IMG/VR virus record: IMGVR_UViG_3300045975_000444
Coordinates: 19,296-83,295 of that record
Strand: one strand, 5' to 3'
Length of the DNA: 64,000 bases
From: a virus
The notes below the pieces were generated by a model, which had not been told where the DNA came from, searched no databases, and was given only the letters and a program-made list of their open reading frames with translations. The first letter of the stretch is position 1. Every line of letters begins with the position of its first letter. A program made the position numbers and the translations under genes. Positions 61,379-64,000 of this stretch are shown one piece after another.

Positions 61379-62790
61379 GGCCCGAACGGGTCCGGCGTCG
61401 GTGTCCCGGCCGGGAGCTGAGTCGGGCCGATTGGCGGCGTCGGCGTCGGTCCTGCGGTCGGCGTCGGGGCTGGCGTCGCCGTCGGCACGCCCGTAGGCGT
61501 CGGCGTCTCGCCCGGTGTGGGACTCGGGCTCGCGGCGGGCGTGCCAGTGGGTGAGGACACTGGCGTCGCCGTCGGACCTCCGGGCGTCGGCGTCGGGCCT
61601 ACGGGCGTGGCCGTCGGACCGCCGGTGGCGGTTGCCATCGGCGTAGCCGTCGGACCTCCGGTCGGAGTCACCATGGGCGTCGCCGTCGGGCCACCGGTCG
61701 GGGTTGCACCCGGCGTCGGGCTCGGCGGACCTGCCGTCGGCGTCGGACCTGCGGTCGGCGTCGTCTCGGGCGTCGGTCCTGCGGACGGCGTCGGGGCCGG
61801 GCTCGCGGTCGGGGTCGGCGTCGGCGCGATGTCGAGCGGGTTCACGTAGACCCCGCGCGCGTCGGTGCCAAACGGCCCGAGCGACTGCCCATGGAAGACG
61901 TACAGGAAGAGCATGTCGTTGGTGATCCCGGCCTCTTTCGCGACGAACCTGGGCGACGAGAAGCGCAAGAAGCCCGAGCTGCCCGGCATCAGCGTCTCGG
62001 GGAGCAGGCTATTCGGGCCGGGGATCATCGACGAGAAGAGCGCGCACGAGAGCTGGATGTCGGGAAGACTCAGCGCCACCTCCTGGGTGTCGTAGGCGCG
62101 CGTGCGCGCGGCTACCACCACCCGATTCTGCGGCGGCCCGACCTCCCCCGGCAGGTCGCCGAAATGCTCGACGGCGATGGTCAATATGACGCTCGACGCC
62201 GCCAGGCTCTCGGGGTTGAAGAAGGCCACGTCAACCGCCTCGAAGACCTCGTCGGGCACGTCGATTGCGCCCGACGGCCCCCGATCCAGCCCGTGCGCGC
62301 GGTCACCGAAGGCCGAGTTGGACACCGTGTCGGCGATCGTCCAGGTGCCGTTGATCGACTCGTCGACAAGCTGGAAGCCGAGGTCGGCGGGGTCGCGGCA
62401 GCGCTCGTTTGACTGGAACGCGTGGATCGTGAAGACGCCCCGGTGCCCGGTCAGGTCGAAGCGCGAGTCGCCCCGCGAGTTGTCGATGTCGACCGCGCCC
62501 ATGTCCGAGACATCGATGACGACCGAATCGTCCTTGGTCAGGCAGACGAAGAAGTTGGCGAGGTGCGCGCAGCTCTCCGACCAGAAAGTCCAGTGCGTGA
62601 TTACCTGCGGCAAGCCGCTCGCCTCGGAGAAGGCTCCCGGCGCGTGCGCGGTGATGTAGCTCTTCTTGCCGTTGGTCTGGTCGAACGGCCCGAGCAAGGC
62701 CGCCGAGTTGATGTCGTCGACCGGCGTCTGCGCGTAGCTCGTGCCCGCGGCCAGCGCGGCCGCGAGCGCCAGCAATACCCGAAGCCTCAT
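61375..62790 (-). CDS. secreted protein with long Pro/Thr-rich C-terminal tail (host-like surface protein, moron)
   Basis: signal peptide MRLRVLLALAAALAAGTSYA; globular Cys-containing domain; about 150 aa of PTPT/GGPTATP repeats. Confidence 0.8.
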   Translation of the reverse strand: MRLRVLLALAAALAAGTSYAQTPVDDINSAALLGPFDQTNGKKSYITAHAPGAFSEASGLPQVITHWTFWSESCAHLANFFVCLTKDDSVVIDVSDMGAVDIDNSRGDSRFDLTGHRGVFTIHAFQSNERCRDPADLGFQLVDESINGTWTIADTVSNSAFGDRAHGLDRGPSGAIDVPDEVFEAVDVAFFNPESLAASSVILTIAVEHFGDLPGEVGPPQNRVVVAARTRAYDTQEVALSLPDIQLSCALFSSMIPGPNSLLPETLMPGSSGFLRFSSPRFVAKEAGITNDMLFLYVFHGQSLGPFGTDARGVYVNPLDIAPTPTPTASPAPTPSAGPTPETTPTAGPTPTAGPPSPTPGATPTGGPTATPMVTPTGGPTATPMATATGGPTATPVGPTPTPGGPTATPVSSPTGTPAASPSPTPGETPTPTGVPTATPAPTPTAGPTPTPPIGPTQLPAGTPTPDPFGP

Positions 62791-62904
62791 GATTCTCGCC
62801 CCCCTCGCGTGTTCGGTCCGCGCCCGCCGTTGTCCTCCACCGCCCGCCTCGTGCAGGGTCGCTCCCCTCGCGGACGCGAGACGCCTAGCACGTCCGGCAA
62901 TGTC

Positions 62905-63279
62905 TTACAATGCCGGTCGGGATGGGACGGCGACCCAGACCGACGCCTGGCGACGCGAGCGCGTCTGGCGGGTCACGCCCGAGTTCCTGACGCGACCCTT
63001 CAACACGAGCGTCCGGGTCCGGGCCGAGGCGTTCTGATGGAGCATGCCGAGGGCCACCTCGATCTCGTCGTTGGTCGCGCCGCGGACGCCCGACGCGACA
63101 ATGAACGCCAGCACGCGGCCCTCGTCCGAGTCCTTGGTCGGGAGCTTCCGCTCGGCCGCCGCTTCTGAGGTCCCGCTCCCCCGAACCGACGGCGCCCGCC
63201 CGCCGTAGGGCTCGGGTGTCCCACCGAAGAGCGGGCCGTCGTCGCGGTCGCGGAACATCGGCACCTGGTTACGCCCCAC
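62905..63279 (-). CDS. winged-helix DNA-binding protein
   Basis: TSEAAA...GATNDEIEVALGMLHQNASAR...LVLKGRVRNSG..RQTRSRRQASVW. Confidence 0.75.
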   Translation of the reverse strand: MGRNQVPMFRDRDDGPLFGGTPEPYGGRAPSVRGSGTSEAAAERKLPTKDSDEGRVLAFIVASGVRGATNDEIEVALGMLHQNASARTRTLVLKGRVRNSGVTRQTRSRRQASVWVAVPSRPAL

Positions 63280-63455
63280 TCTCGGGCGGCCGCCCGTGGA
63301 TTCGGCGCTGCTCGGCTAGGAGCTGGTCGTAGCGCTCCTCGGAGAGGCGCACGCGGCGAAGCGCCGGGTCCTCCGCGTCGGCGAGCGGCACCTGAAGCTC
63401 GCCGCGCAGCTTGCGGGTGAGCGTCCCGAGCCAGCGGAGGAGCGCGACTTGCGAG

Positions 63456-63986
63456 TCAATCCTCGTCGTCGTCCCCTTCCTCGCGACGGGCCAGCTCCTC
63501 CGCCTCTTCGAGTAGACGCTCGACTCCGAAGGCAAATCCGAACGTCAACTGGTGTTCGACGTCCAGGCGTTCAAGCACCCTGCGACTCTGATTCACCAGA
63601 CGCGCGTGTTCGAGCATGTTGACGTGGTAGTCCGCGGACGTCCAATACCTGCGCTCGCGCCAGGGGGTAGTGTCGGAATTGCGCTTGCGTCCGGCGATCG
63701 GCCCGGCCCGTGGCAGGCCTTGGGCATCTTTGCTCCGAAGCTGCTTCCTTACCTCCTCCGTCCAGGCGCGGTGCAGCATGCCCCGGTTGACATCGCCCTG
63801 CACCGCGTCGTCATCGATGATCGCCCAAGCGACCTGCGACGGCGACAGATCGGGAGTCGACCGGAAGATCCGCCAGATGATCTCGCGCTTCTTTTCGCTG
63901 GTCAGCCGAAAGCCGCCACCGTCTCCACCCGCTCCTGATCCGCTGCCCTGACCTTCTTCTCCAGGGCGCTCAGTATCGTCCGACAT
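63456..63986 (-). CDS. hypothetical protein
   Basis: GAGGGAG RBS; 176 aa. Confidence 0.6.
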   Translation of the reverse strand: MSDDTERPGEEGQGSGSGAGGDGGGFRLTSEKKREIIWRIFRSTPDLSPSQVAWAIIDDDAVQGDVNRGMLHRAWTEEVRKQLRSKDAQGLPRAGPIAGRKRNSDTTPWRERRYWTSADYHVNMLEHARLVNQSRRVLERLDVEHQLTFGFAFGVERLLEEAEELARREEGDDDED

Positions 63987-64000
63987 TGCTTGACTCCCTC

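Noticed and set aside
61380-61830. GGCGTC-rich repeats as a DNA element
   Set aside because: They are explained by Pro-Thr codon repeats on the minus strand; the same applies at 36405-36480.
1-64000. tRNA or rRNA genes, and genetic code reassignment
   Set aside because: No cloverleaf or rRNA-like segments were noticed by eye, and genes read through normally in code 11; tRNAscan-SE would be needed to be certain.

Overview
The window is most of a high-GC (about 70% by eye) long-tailed dsDNA phage or prophage. No terminase, integrase or endolysin could be recognised, so those genes probably lie outside the window. Positions 1-10.6 kb (+) hold early genes: HTH/excisionase-like, HNH, VRR-NUC nuclease, a replication initiator with internal iteron-like repeats, a pentapeptide-repeat protein, a divergent RHH repressor pair, an ERF annealing protein and a PD-(D/E)XK exonuclease. 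Positions 10.7-54.7 kb (-) hold the morphogenesis operon: portal-MuF fusion, effector cassette, prohead protease, HK97-fold capsid, signal-peptide-bearing appendage proteins, neck, tail tube, frameshifting chaperones, a 2838-aa tape measure, tail tip and fibre, and a second capsid paralog. Positions 54.8-64 kb hold small accessory genes. The best candidate for a new system is a 329-aa intein in the MuF NCRC motif (52118-51132). It has no in-frame homing endonuclease, but it fully contains an opposite-strand, codon-aligned 293-aa gene (51192-52073) with its own RBS, encoding HTH repeats plus a Vsr/DUF559-like nuclease. Directly downstream is an array of enzyme modules (GNAT-like, ADP-ribosyltransferase, GNAT-like), each led by a repeated WWERxxA[YF]NP..GG[QK][FW] tag and followed by an ADP-ribosylglycohydrolase. 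A TGTCTTACA motif recurs at putative promoters across the window. All functional calls come from manual motif recognition; no database searches were run.
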